From: a virus
DNA length: 64,000 bases
Direction: 5' to 3' (one strand)
Virus record (IMG/VR): IMGVR_UViG_3300042013_000056
Coordinates: 118,860 to 182,859 of that record
The notes below the pieces were generated by a model. The model made no database searches and was not told the origin of the DNA. It was given only the letters and a program-made list of their open reading frames with translations. Numbering within the stretch: the stretch's first letter is position 1; each line of letters starts with the position of its first letter. Positions 1 through 8,381 of this stretch are shown here, piece by piece. The translations under genes and the position numbers were made by a program.

Positions 1-1229
1 TATTTGTCATTCATCAGTTCCAACCGATGTTCACTGACCTTGTTCAGCATTTGTTCCAGTTTAATCAGTTGTTGGCTCACGTCTTTGAACTCTTTCTGCT
101 CAAGGGCAGCAATCGAATTCTGTGTCATTTGAATTGCGGATTCATAATGACGAACGCTTGATTCATCAACGGCTTTCTGACTCTGGACTTCTTGAATCTT
201 GGTCTTGATTTTCTGATCGCGTGTGCGGTCTACTTCTTTGGCGTTGATCCCGGTGACCTTTTCATCCAGTCGCAGCCCAACTTCGTCGATACTCATATCC
301 AGTTCGAAGGTTTTCTTCGATTTGAAGGTTGTATCAATCTTCTGGGTACACACCGGACAGTTATCGTTGTTGGTCAGGAAGTGCAACATCTTTTTGTGTT
401 CTTCGATCTTGGCTTGCAGTTGACCACGTTCCGCATACAAGGCCGGTAAGGCTGTCTGGTATGAACCATCGCTCAACATAGGTGCTAGCTTACCCAAGAC
501 ATTAGTGCCCGCCAGAACGTCTGCTAGAGCGCGATCCAGCTTATGTGCAAGGTCATCCAGCTTGACTTTTTCAGCCTTGATCAATTCGTCAACTTTACCC
601 TTGTCATCAGCCTGTTGTTTTTGCAACATCGACTGTTTTTGGGTCAGCAGTTGAATGTTATGTTCTGCTTGAACAATATCGCTCTGACAGATTGCATGTC
701 GTTCTTTGTTCTTTGCAGCCATGATGCTAAGCAGTTGGATATCCAACAGGTCTTCGATCACTTCACGGCGTTTCGGTGCTGTCAACTGCATGAACGGTGT
801 AAACCCGGCTGTACCAAGAACCACAATTTGCTTGAATGATTTCAAACTCATTTGGAGAATCTTGTTCTCAAGGTAGTCTTGGTAATCACCGGTACTGGCA
901 TCTTCTTCGATCAGTTCAGAATCCTTGCGGATTTCAAATACTTTCGGGCCGATGCCGCGTGTTACTTCATATGGAACACCATCGACTTCAAACTCAAGCT
1001 TGACCACCATACCCTTTTTGTTAGTGGTGTTCACCAACTGGGGCATGTTGATGCTTCGATATGGTTTACCGAACATCGCGTAAGTCAAGGCTTCAATCAG
1101 GATCGTTGATTTACCTGTACCATTCTTGCCGGTAATCAGGTTCTTTTTATGTGTGTCAAGCTCAATGATGATTGGAACATTACCAACGCTCATTAGATTC
1201 TTGATCGTAATCTTTTTCAGATTGATCAC
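1..1229 (-). CDS. gp46: Recombination endonuclease ATPase subunit (SbcC/Rad50-like), 3'-truncated by the window edge
   Basis: GTG start at 1229 overlaps the gp47 stop. It translates MINLKKITIKNLMSVGN...ITGKNGTGKSTILIEALTYAMFGKPYR (Walker A), followed by coiled coil. Adjacent to gp47. Confidence 0.93.
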   Translation of the reverse strand, partial: MINLKKITIKNLMSVGNVPIIIELDTHKKNLITGKNGTGKSTILIEALTYAMFGKPYRSINMPQLVNTTNKKGMVVKLEFEVDGVPYEVTRGIGPKVFEIRKDSELIEEDASTGDYQDYLENKILQMSLKSFKQIVVLGTAGFTPFMQLTAPKRREVIEDLLDIQLLSIMAAKNKERHAICQSDIVQAEHNIQLLTQKQSMLQKQQADDKGKVDELIKAEKVKLDDLAHKLDRALADVLAGTNVLGKLAPMLSDGSYQTALPALYAERGQLQAKIEEHKKMLHFLTNNDNCPVCTQKIDTTFKSKKTFELDMSIDEVGLRLDEKVTGINAKEVDRTRDQKIKTKIQEVQSQKAVDESSVRHYESAIQMTQNSIAALEQKEFKDVSQQLIKLEQMLNKVSEHRLELMNDK

Positions 1230-2263
1230 TGTGTTTCAGCCTCGCGGTATAAGTCCAGAATGAATCGTTTGATTTTCTTCCGATCTTCATCGGTTTCTTC
1301 CAAGGTATCAACGTATTCATCAATGATGTCAGCCGTGGTCAACATGTTATTGAGTGACACAGTTGCAGCCACACCATTACCGGAATCCAACACATCTTTT
1401 ACTTTGACTTCTTTGGCAATAAGAATCAGCTTATCAATCAGCTTATCGAATTTCTTGGTGTCGCCTCGGGATTTGACTTGAATGTTCAAGTTCATTCCTT
1501 TGTATCGATCCAAGTTCTTTTCATCAAATGTTTCATGATCGTAGTAGATGCGCGAAAATCGCGGCATGTTGTTGTTATGGAACTCGAACTTACCGTCATC
1601 TGTATCATAAACCCAGACACCACGATCATCATCCGCATCACCAAACGTCAATTGGTATGGAGTACCAACGTACAGGATATGGTTTGCTTTTGAGATTGTA
1701 TGGAAGTGACCCGACCAAACTTGACTGTAATTTGCCAAGAAGTGTGCGTCTTCGCCCTGTGATGCCATACCACGGTAATACTGGAACCCAGCCAACTCAA
1801 AGTGACCAACTGCAATGTTCCGGTCGCTGTTAGCGATGAACTCAAGGACTTGTTTGCGGTTGTCCCGGCAAATCCACGGAATCATGTCGATTCGAATTCC
1901 ATCAATCTCAAGGACGCCCGGTTCGTTGTAGATCGTGAAGTTGTCGTACCCTGCCAGCAACTCGTTACACGAATTGGGGAAGATCGATTCTTTCAAGTGC
2001 ATATCGTGGTTACCCACCAGCACATGCCATTCTTGACCCTTGGTCTTGGGGATCAGTTTTTCCCGTACAAGTTCCATGGTGTCATGTCGAATAGCTTTGC
2101 GAGCATCAAAGAAGTCGCCGGTTTGAATAACGTGTTTGATTCCGAGTTTGGACATCAACGGGAAAATGAATTCATCAAAAACCCGTATTTGATATTCGGC
2201 GGTTTCTCGGTCGCCACTTCGGTGACCCAAATGTTGGTCACCGATAACCATCAGTTTTGCCAT
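1226..2263 (-). CDS. gp47: Recombination endonuclease nuclease subunit (SbcD/Mre11-like)
   Basis: Metallophosphoesterase motifs GDQH, TGDFFD, VGNHD, GHFE, SGHFH; T4 synteny 55-47-46. Confidence 0.95.
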   Translation of the reverse strand: MAKLMVIGDQHLGHRSGDRETAEYQIRVFDEFIFPLMSKLGIKHVIQTGDFFDARKAIRHDTMELVREKLIPKTKGQEWHVLVGNHDMHLKESIFPNSCNELLAGYDNFTIYNEPGVLEIDGIRIDMIPWICRDNRKQVLEFIANSDRNIAVGHFELAGFQYYRGMASQGEDAHFLANYSQVWSGHFHTISKANHILYVGTPYQLTFGDADDDRGVWVYDTDDGKFEFHNNNMPRFSRIYYDHETFDEKNLDRYKGMNLNIQVKSRGDTKKFDKLIDKLILIAKEVKVKDVLDSGNGVAATVSLNNMLTTADIIDEYVDTLEETDEDRKKIKRFILDLYREAETQ

Positions 2264-2760
2264 TAATCAATAAATTCCGCTAAACCACCTTCCTCTACAG
2301 GTTCAAGTGGCACAATTTTTTTACCCGGTGCTTCTTTCAACTTTTCACCGATATCTTTAAAGAACGAATAATCAATCTGGATGGCGTTTCCGTCATCGTC
2401 GAATTCTTCAAGGTCGGGGATAGCTTGCAGGTAGTATTTGTACTTGATACGGGTTTGCTTGTTTTCTTTCTTTAAACGGTTTACACAAGCCCGTTCACAT
2501 ATCCGAGTGATATATGCATGGACGTTAGTGTATTGGGTGTTGTATTTGTGAAGATATCTGGCACAGACTTCAATCGCGTCCAACGCCATTTCATCACGCC
2601 ATGTGTAGTTCTGGAAGTTCCAGCGCTTGACGAGATTATTAGCAATCAGGATTACCGACTTTGCGGTGTAATCGCCCATCTTTGCGACGGGGTTTGTTTC
2701 ACGACGTTTATGCCATTCGACAATATCTTCGTACAACAGTTTATTGTCAACGTACATCAT
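2263..2760 (-). CDS. gp55: Late-transcription sigma factor
   Basis: YVDNKLLY...IANNL...FQNYTWRDEMALDAIE...YNTQYTNVHAYITRIC resembles T4 gp55; synteny. Confidence 0.92.
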   Translation of the reverse strand: MMYVDNKLLYEDIVEWHKRRETNPVAKMGDYTAKSVILIANNLVKRWNFQNYTWRDEMALDAIEVCARYLHKYNTQYTNVHAYITRICERACVNRLKKENKQTRIKYKYYLQAIPDLEEFDDDGNAIQIDYSFFKDIGEKLKEAPGKKIVPLEPVEEGGLAEFID

Positions 2761-2779
2761 TTCTCCTACTGGTCAGACT

Positions 2780-2812
2780 ATTCTACCAGTGTTTGTATCA
2801 AATATAAACATT
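2780..2812 (-). promoter_or_regulatory. Early/middle-type promoter
   Basis: AATGTTTAT-N18-TAGAAT upstream of gp55; one of 11 copies of the motif. Confidence 0.75.
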
Positions 2813-2824
2813 CCCCAGAAATGC

Positions 2825-2861
2825 AAAAGGCCACTCATCGATTAAAATGAGTGGCCTTTTT
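2825..2861. terminator. Intrinsic terminator
   Basis: AAAAGGCCACTCAT...ATGAGTGGCCTTTT inverted repeat with A/T tails. Confidence 0.8.
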
Positions 2862-2867
2862 GGTGCG

Positions 2868-3143
2868 TCAAGCGCTACTGGATTTCTTGTAAATCTCAAA
2901 GTTCTTATAGAACTCGTCGATGATCATATCAAACGTACCAAAGAACTCTTTGGTTTTTGCATCAAAGGTTCTAAGCCGCATGTTCTGTGTCTCGATGGAT
3001 AGCGTCAACACCTGAGCCAGCAATCGGTTTGATCCAACCACTACACGCTCATAAGTGCCGTCATCCCGTTTGATATATTCCAAAACGTCTCTATCAAACT
3101 CGAACCAGTATGGAGAATCAATTCTCCCATTTGTATTAATCAT
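2868..3143 (-). CDS. Hypothetical protein
   Basis: 91-aa ORF, coupled to the upstream gene. Confidence 0.6.
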   Translation of the reverse strand: MINTNGRIDSPYWFEFDRDVLEYIKRDDGTYERVVVGSNRLLAQVLTLSIETQNMRLRTFDAKTKEFFGTFDMIIDEFYKNFEIYKKSSSA

Positions 3144-3573
3144 GCAACGTTACGATCTTACCAGCCCTGATATCAACTCTACCGTCACCGACAACCACCA
3201 TTTGATAGCGTGAGTCCGGTAGTTCCCTCAGTTCTTTCCAACAGGAACCCCAAGGCCCGGTGATAAGCAGGGTACGGCATCCGTCACTTTTGGTGATACG
3301 ATGATACTCATTCTTTGGAATGTATATCAAACGGCGTCTGTTTCGATCAAGTCGGACGACCTTACCACCATCCTGCACGATTTCTTCAACATAATTGCCC
3401 TTGAGCAAAACGCTGATCGCACCAAATGCATGGGTATGGTATCGGTCTTGACACCCGGTTGATTTATGGAAATGGAACAGTTTGATACTGAACAGTTTCT
3501 TCCATTCCAACAGCGTGATTTCAGTTATTGGTTGATCACCTTGATTGATTAGTTTCTTCTTGAGAAATATCAT
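3136..3573 (-). CDS. Cupin-fold protein
   Basis: Start trimmed to ATG 3573 because the longer ORF runs through tRNAs. Cupin-type motifs YHTHAF...GNYVEE and IPKNEYHRI. Confidence 0.6.
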   Translation of the reverse strand: MIFLKKKLINQGDQPITEITLLEWKKLFSIKLFHFHKSTGCQDRYHTHAFGAISVLLKGNYVEEIVQDGGKVVRLDRNRRRLIYIPKNEYHRITKSDGCRTLLITGPWGSCWKELRELPDSRYQMVVVGDGRVDIRAGKIVTLHD

Positions 3574-3587
3574 TTGGTAACCATAAT

Positions 3588-3673
3588 TGGTGCCGATGGT
3601 GGGATTCGAACCCACGATCCCTTCCGGGCGCCACTTTTTGAGAATGGTGTGTATGCCACTCCACCACATCGGC
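3588..3673 (-). tRNA. tRNA-Leu(CAA)
   Basis: Cloverleaf, loop CT-CAA-AA, long variable arm, encoded CCA. Confidence 0.93.
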
Positions 3674-3680
3674 TTGAAAT

Positions 3681-3758
3681 TGGAAGGACGGGTCGGATTT
3701 GAACCGACGGGTTTACGGATTTGCAATCCGGTGCATTGGGCCTCTCTGCCACCGCCCC
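3681..3758 (-). tRNA. tRNA-Cys(GCA)
   Basis: Cloverleaf, loop TT-GCA-AA, U73, CCA. Confidence 0.93.
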
Positions 3759-3766
3759 TTTGTTAT

Positions 3767-4150
3767 TTAGTGTGAGTTGACAAGAATCTTCAACACATCA
3801 CGCGCTTTTTTGTATTCACCCAGCTTGATCAAACGGGCTGCTGTTCGTTCAAGTTCAACGATTGCAGCATCCCTTGGGGTTTCCACCGGCTCGATATTCG
3901 CAATCAGTGTCGGTGTACCCAGCTTGATCATGACGTTGCTAGTGAGGAAACGAAATTTAATATCCGACTGAGAATCAAGCACCAAGTATGACGCTCGACG
4001 ACCGTTCAGTTCGTAGGTCAGCCAATCGGCTACATCTTTTGATTCTTTCAGACTACATCCGGTTTGTTCCCGGAAATCTTTGATCCAATTGATTTTACGA
4101 TCCGCTACGAACAAGCCGGTTGGGCCGAATGTGGAAACCTTAAATTTCAT
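3767..4150 (-). CDS. Protein with an N-terminal ribosomal bL12 (L7/L12) C-terminal-domain-like segment
   Basis: KINWIKDFREQTGCSLKESKDVAD resembles the bL12 motif KIxVIKxVRxxTGLGLKEAKDLVE. Confidence 0.5.
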   Translation of the reverse strand: MKFKVSTFGPTGLFVADRKINWIKDFREQTGCSLKESKDVADWLTYELNGRRASYLVLDSQSDIKFRFLTSNVMIKLGTPTLIANIEPVETPRDAAIVELERTAARLIKLGEYKKARDVLKILVNSH

Positions 4151-4157
4151 CTAATTC

Positions 4158-4550
4158 TCACTTGTTAGTTAGTACCGCATAAGCTCGAACCACACCAAAC
4201 AACACATACTTGATAACAGGGTTCACTTTGGAAACACCCATTGCTTCAAGGAAGATGTAATCACCTTCTTTACGTGTACAAGTTCTGGTCGAACCATCTT
4301 TCAATGTAATGGTTTTGTAGTCGCACAGATAGTCGTGAACAACAGCAGCTTTACCATAAGTTCCTGTTGGTGGAAATAACCACTTGAACCCTTTGGTTGT
4401 TGCAAAATCGGTCACAAATCCTTTTGGAACAATAACGCGGTCATCGCCTTCCAATTCTCCAATCACATACGTGAATTGTTTGTTGAGAATCCAAAGAGTC
4501 ATTGCATCATTGAACGGCGAAACTTCTAGTACATCTGTATAGCTGCTCAT
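4158..4550 (-). CDS. DUF1353-family phage protein
   Basis: VPKGFVTDFAT...FPPTGTYGKAAVVHDYL motif. Confidence 0.8.
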   Translation of the reverse strand: MSSYTDVLEVSPFNDAMTLWILNKQFTYVIGELEGDDRVIVPKGFVTDFATTKGFKWLFPPTGTYGKAAVVHDYLCDYKTITLKDGSTRTCTRKEGDYIFLEAMGVSKVNPVIKYVLFGVVRAYAVLTNK

Positions 4551-4561
4551 CTGTTTTGTCC

Positions 4562-4894
4562 TTATAGACGTTCGAGGAAAATTTCTTCCTGATGCCTATG
4601 CAGACCATCCGTGTATAAATCAGCAAGCTCCTTTCTCAATGCGACTCGCAGCACGATATCTTTCGACGTGCCAACAATTGCATATGCAGCCCGCGACTTT
4701 TGATCAGCGGTCAGCTTGTTACCACGAATGAATTGCAGTTTGATACATTCCATATTCGGAAAGTATTTTTCAACGATCCATTCCATCAAACTTCGACTGA
4801 ATGAAACGCGATGCAATTTGTTGGTTGCTGGGTCAAAGACACCATAAACCAGATCGGAGGATTTGCAGTTACAACTAATGTTCTACACTTTCAT
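4562..4894 (-). CDS. Hypothetical protein, probably starting at ATG 4894 with an in-frame TAG at codon 4
   Basis: TAAGG RBS, then ATG AAA GTG TAG AAC..., open and in frame with the tracked ORF 4562-4816. Confidence 0.55.
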
Positions 4895-4912
4895 CGGTAT
4901 TACCTTATTTAG

Positions 4913-5170
4913 TTACCATCTTGAATATGCAAGTTCACATGATTGCGACCCTGCAACTAAGCGTTGATTTTTAATCAACACACAAATATCGGCTCTGGTG
5001 AACTTGTACGGCAAGATAGGTGATGACATATGGTCAGGTCGGTGGACCCACATTTCAACCATGTCAGAATCAACCGTATGCCACGACAGTTCACGCACAC
5101 TACCATTGATAAGAAACATACCATTACAACGTCGCAACAGTATGTCTATCAGTTCATTCATCGGGATCAT
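4913..5170 (-). CDS. Hypothetical protein
   Basis: ATG 5170 overlaps the endonuclease stop (ATGA); 85 aa. Confidence 0.6.
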   Translation of the reverse strand: MIPMNELIDILLRRCNGMFLINGSVRELSWHTVDSDMVEMWVHRPDHMSSPILPYKFTRADICVLIKNQRLVAGSQSCELAYSRW

Positions 5171-5835
5171 TGAATTACCATCTTTCGCCCAAGTACCCAC
5201 CCAGACGGCTCATATTCACCGAGTGTTGCTTTCGGTATCTTTTTATTGCCTAGGGTTGGGTGTGTTATCCAACAAGTTCCATATTGACTATTATCGGATG
5301 GCTTAGTATGTCTCGCACGCGCTTTTTCAGAAATCAACCGTTTGGTTTCTTCACGATGTGTTTTACCAGTCCAGTCATAGTCAATCTTCTGCGTATCACC
5401 AACATGGCGGAGTTTCTTTGCTTCTCGGAATCTTTCTTTATTTGCGTCCGTGCTAGACCTAGCTCTGATCACTTTGGTCACAGCACCCCGATACTCAGGG
5501 TTTTCCCAATTCCGTTTAGCAATCTCCGATGACTGCCCACCTTCACCACCAAGCTTTAAATTCAAGCATTGTGGATCGGTTAACGTTTCTGGGTTGACTA
5601 GCTCTGATTCTCTCAAAGCCAATTCATCCCTTGATTCATGATATTCCAAAATCTCAACACTATGGTTTTCCAGCCCATGTTTTCGAATCGAATATCGCAA
5701 TCGTTTACCAGACCCAACATAACCATCGTTTAAATCGTCGGTTGAGTGCATACCGATGTAATATCGGTTTGATACAAGACATGTGGTCTTGTAGATGTAG
5801 TGAAATTTTCGTTTCTCTACTCGAACGTAAGTCAT
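5167..5835 (-). mobile_element. Free-standing GIY-YIG homing endonuclease (Seg-like) with NUMOD3-like segment
   Basis: HYIYKTTCLVSNRYYIGMH (GIY-YIG), YVGSG, and GKTHREETKRLISEK (NUMOD3-like). Late promoter TATAAATA at 5870-5877. Confidence 0.85.
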
Positions 5836-5902
5836 TTTTGCATACCTGTATTTTGTTCATGAACACAGGTATTTATATCAATTGATATGCAAAAATGGTC
5901 AA

Positions 5903-5978
5903 TGGTGCAGCCAACGGGACTCGAACCCGTGCTTGGAGAATTTAGAGTTCCCTGCCTTGCCAACTTGGCTATGGCTGC
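5903..5978 (-). tRNA. Amber suppressor tRNA (anticodon CUA)
   Basis: GCAGCCA/TGGCTGC acceptor stem, anticodon arm GGGAA-CT-CTA-AA-TTCTC, canonical T arm, ACCA end. Confidence 0.9.
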
Positions 5979-5985
5979 TTTAATT

Positions 5986-6062
5986 TGGTGTGGCTGGTGG
6001 GAGTCGAACCCAACATCACCGGTGTCACAAACCAGTATTCTAACCATTAAACTACAACCACC
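5986..6062 (-). tRNA. tRNA-His(GTG)
   Basis: Loop TT-GTG-AC, G-1 present, CCA. Confidence 0.88.
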
Positions 6063-6105
6063 ATCAAGCGTTGTTTGTGCTGCGTTGTTGCTGTGACGTG
6101 AAACA

Positions 6106-6138
6106 ATATTAGCACCAGTTCTGTTCGAAATAAACATT
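6106..6138 (-). promoter_or_regulatory. Early/middle-type promoter
   Basis: AATGTTTAT-N18-TAATAT upstream of tRNA-His and tRNA-CUA. Confidence 0.7.
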
Positions 6139-6338
6139 CATTCGTACAATTTTAGTGCTTCCTGCAATTCTCTTACCAGAGCCTCGGCTTTGTTAGCCCG
6201 CAAAGCCCACTGATGTCTGCTTAGAACCGTGCATGGAAGGCATTCTGTAGGGCACCCCACTTCAAGCATTCTACCCGGCACACCAGCTTCTGGGTGAGGG
6301 TTCACCGACATCGGGAACCCGCATTTGTAACAGATCAA
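6138..6338 (-). CDS. Hypothetical small CxxC protein
   Basis: 66 aa, CYKC and CLPC motifs, TTG start coupled to the upstream stop. Confidence 0.5.
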   Translation of the reverse strand: MICYKCGFPMSVNPHPEAGVPGRMLEVGCPTECLPCTVLSRHQWALRANKAEALVRELQEALKLYE

Positions 6339-6493
6339 TCTAGGATGCTGCCTACAAGGTCACCCACGCCGTCTAAGATCGACCACCATACAAACGCATC
6401 AACTGCATCACCGGCAACCTGTGCGGCGTTCACGTTGGACGTGGTAGGCTTCTGTTTGACCTTCGGTTCTTCTTTCTTTTCAGGTTCTGTCAT
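6335..6493 (-). CDS. Hypothetical 52-aa protein
   Basis: MTEPEKKEEPK...VGSILD; ATGA overlap with the Acb1 stop; below the ORF-track size cutoff. Confidence 0.5.
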   Translation of the reverse strand: MTEPEKKEEPKVKQKPTTSNVNAAQVAGDAVDAFVWWSILDGVGDLVGSILD

Positions 6494-6996
6494 TTGCCTG
6501 TCCACGATGGGTCAATGTCATCGCCGTATTCTTCAACGATCACGATCTTTCTGTCTGATATAAAGGACGTTGGCCCAAGCTCGATTTTCATATCACCGAT
6601 GTCATACGACAGGGTGATGTGTGGAATGAAGCTAGGATGATCCCACGTACCGCCGTGTTCTTTCATCAACTCACTATGACGGTTTGATAGAAAGCTACTT
6701 TCATATGCCAGTACCAATGCGTTCTTCCCGGATGCCGTCTTGAACACCTTTAAATCAAACTGATTTGTGTCTGAGGTTGGTGTGGTCAGGTACATCCCGA
6801 ATGGAACATAATTTGGTAGGGGTTTACGACTATACAGCAATGTGCTATGGAATTTTGCCGGATCAAGTCGATTCGGAAGATTCAGCATGTCTTGCATGAT
6901 CATCAAATCACGCACCGTTAATGGATCAAAACGCACCCCGGCGTATGTTCCATGAATCCCTTCCATCAGGAAGGGAAGCATATCTCTAAAATTCAA
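6490..6996 (-). CDS. 57B: 2H phosphodiesterase, T4 57B/Acb1-like (anti-CBASS nuclease)
   Basis: Two HxT motifs (KFHSTLLYSR, IPHITLSY), with size and layout matching T4 57B; next to tRNAs as in T4. Confidence 0.85.
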   Translation of the reverse strand: MNFRDMLPFLMEGIHGTYAGVRFDPLTVRDLMIMQDMLNLPNRLDPAKFHSTLLYSRKPLPNYVPFGMYLTTPTSDTNQFDLKVFKTASGKNALVLAYESSFLSNRHSELMKEHGGTWDHPSFIPHITLSYDIGDMKIELGPTSFISDRKIVIVEEYGDDIDPSWTGK

Positions 6997-7872
6997 TTAT
7001 TTCTTCCTGCCGACCCAACGACCTTCGGAATCCATAACAAGCGGTTCAAGTACAGGCATCGAATCGATGATTAAAGCTGTACCGATGATTGGGCGTTTGA
7101 TGTTTACGTTGTTGTAGTTGAAAGCCAATGCATCGTCATCGACCAGACAACCGGTCTGTAAGCCCCAGTACAAGCCTGTAGGATTACGCCAGTAGCTAAC
7201 CTTAAAGGTTTCGTGATAGTGGCCCTGAACAGCGTTCATGCCCATCTGCTGGCTAAGTTGAATGACATCGCTCGACTTACCGTGATGGAAGTAGCAATTC
7301 TGACCATTTGGCAGTTTGATAGTAAGTTCAAATGACCATTTCCAGTTCGGACCCACACCAAGAACTTCGTTGTACGATTTGATGTAGTGTTTTGGAATTC
7401 CGTTGGTTTTTGCTTTACGCCATACCAGTGAGCCGTGGTTTGATTCAATGATGTCCATTTTCGGGAACATTTGATACAATTCAGCGATCACTGCTTGGCT
7501 TTGACGCAATTCATCACCGGCACTTGGCAGATCAGGGTCATGGTCGTGGAAGCTCAACGCGTGTTTGTCAAGTTCATCGCCCATTGAGATAATTCGAGTC
7601 GGCTTGTATTTCTTTTTCAGATAAGCCAGAAACTCCAACAGGTCAGGGTGATGATACGGAATGTGCATATCACTGATGACTAAAATTCGATCATTGTTTT
7701 CCGTCGCTGCATCCAGCTTGCGGATGGCGAATTTTGTTCCAACGGGTTTACCGAACTCTTTGCGTAGAAAGTCCGAGACTGTTGACTTTGGTTGCCCTAC
7801 AGTTTCAGAAATACTGCGCCACGATAAGTTCTGTTTGGCTAATTCAACAGCCTTCGATTTCCATTCTTGCAT
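6997..7872 (-). CDS. Calcineurin-like metallophosphoesterase with N-terminal HTH
   Basis: ISDMH, MGDELD, SNHG, HHG and GHYH motifs; N-terminal LSWRSISETVGQPKSTVSDFLRK helix-turn-helix. Confidence 0.8.
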   Translation of the reverse strand: MQEWKSKAVELAKQNLSWRSISETVGQPKSTVSDFLRKEFGKPVGTKFAIRKLDAATENNDRILVISDMHIPYHHPDLLEFLAYLKKKYKPTRIISMGDELDKHALSFHDHDPDLPSAGDELRQSQAVIAELYQMFPKMDIIESNHGSLVWRKAKTNGIPKHYIKSYNEVLGVGPNWKWSFELTIKLPNGQNCYFHHGKSSDVIQLSQQMGMNAVQGHYHETFKVSYWRNPTGLYWGLQTGCLVDDDALAFNYNNVNIKRPIIGTALIIDSMPVLEPLVMDSEGRWVGRKK

Positions 7873-7926
7873 TAGTTATCTCGTTGAGAGGTTGGCCCGG
7901 TGGGCATCACACTTATTTACGGGCGT

Positions 7927-7950
7927 AAAAAAAGGGCCATTCGGCCCTTT
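7927..7950. terminator. Intrinsic terminator
   Basis: AAAAAAAGGGCC-ATTC-GGCCCTTT hairpin. Confidence 0.75.
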
Positions 7951-7964
7951 CATATGATTTTGCA

Positions 7965-8360
7965 TCAGCTACGTGCGATGGTTGAAGCCAGACTTTTATC
8001 AAACTGACCAGCGTAGTTGCCGTTGAGGTATTGCATTACCGCTGGGACACCGACCAAACCATTAGCTGTAATCAAATCACGGATTTGAGATTCACTAAGT
8101 TGTTTCGGCAAAAGTCCAGCGAGAACTTGGTTTTCGGTTTCAAGCTTTGGATTGGCACGGTGTTTCAGACTTTCATCGTTGGACTTGATCAGTTTCTTGA
8201 CCGCATCAACAACTTGAGCTTCTGTGTAAACCTTGCCAGTACGCTTTTCAACTGTTTCGATTTCACCCAAAAGCAGGTTGAGAATCGCAACTTCAATTGC
8301 GCGGGATGGGTCACGTCGGGCATCCAGTTTCTGGGCACCGATTGTTTCAATCAAACTCAT
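7965..8360 (-). CDS. GatB/YqeY-domain protein
   Basis: Helical pattern ILNLLLGEIE...VKKLIKSNDESL...ENQVLAGLLPKQLSESQI typical of YqeY. Confidence 0.75.
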   Translation of the reverse strand: MSLIETIGAQKLDARRDPSRAIEVAILNLLLGEIETVEKRTGKVYTEAQVVDAVKKLIKSNDESLKHRANPKLETENQVLAGLLPKQLSESQIRDLITANGLVGVPAVMQYLNGNYAGQFDKSLASTIARS

Positions 8361-8381
8361 TATGTAATACTCACTAATTAA

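Noticed and set aside
5832-6137. ORFs that cross tRNA genes (also the 5' parts of 3136-3726, 17379-17711, 21241-21627, 21811-22131, and 20369-20641)
   Set aside because: Sequence is explained by tRNAs or promoters; starts were trimmed or the ORFs dropped.
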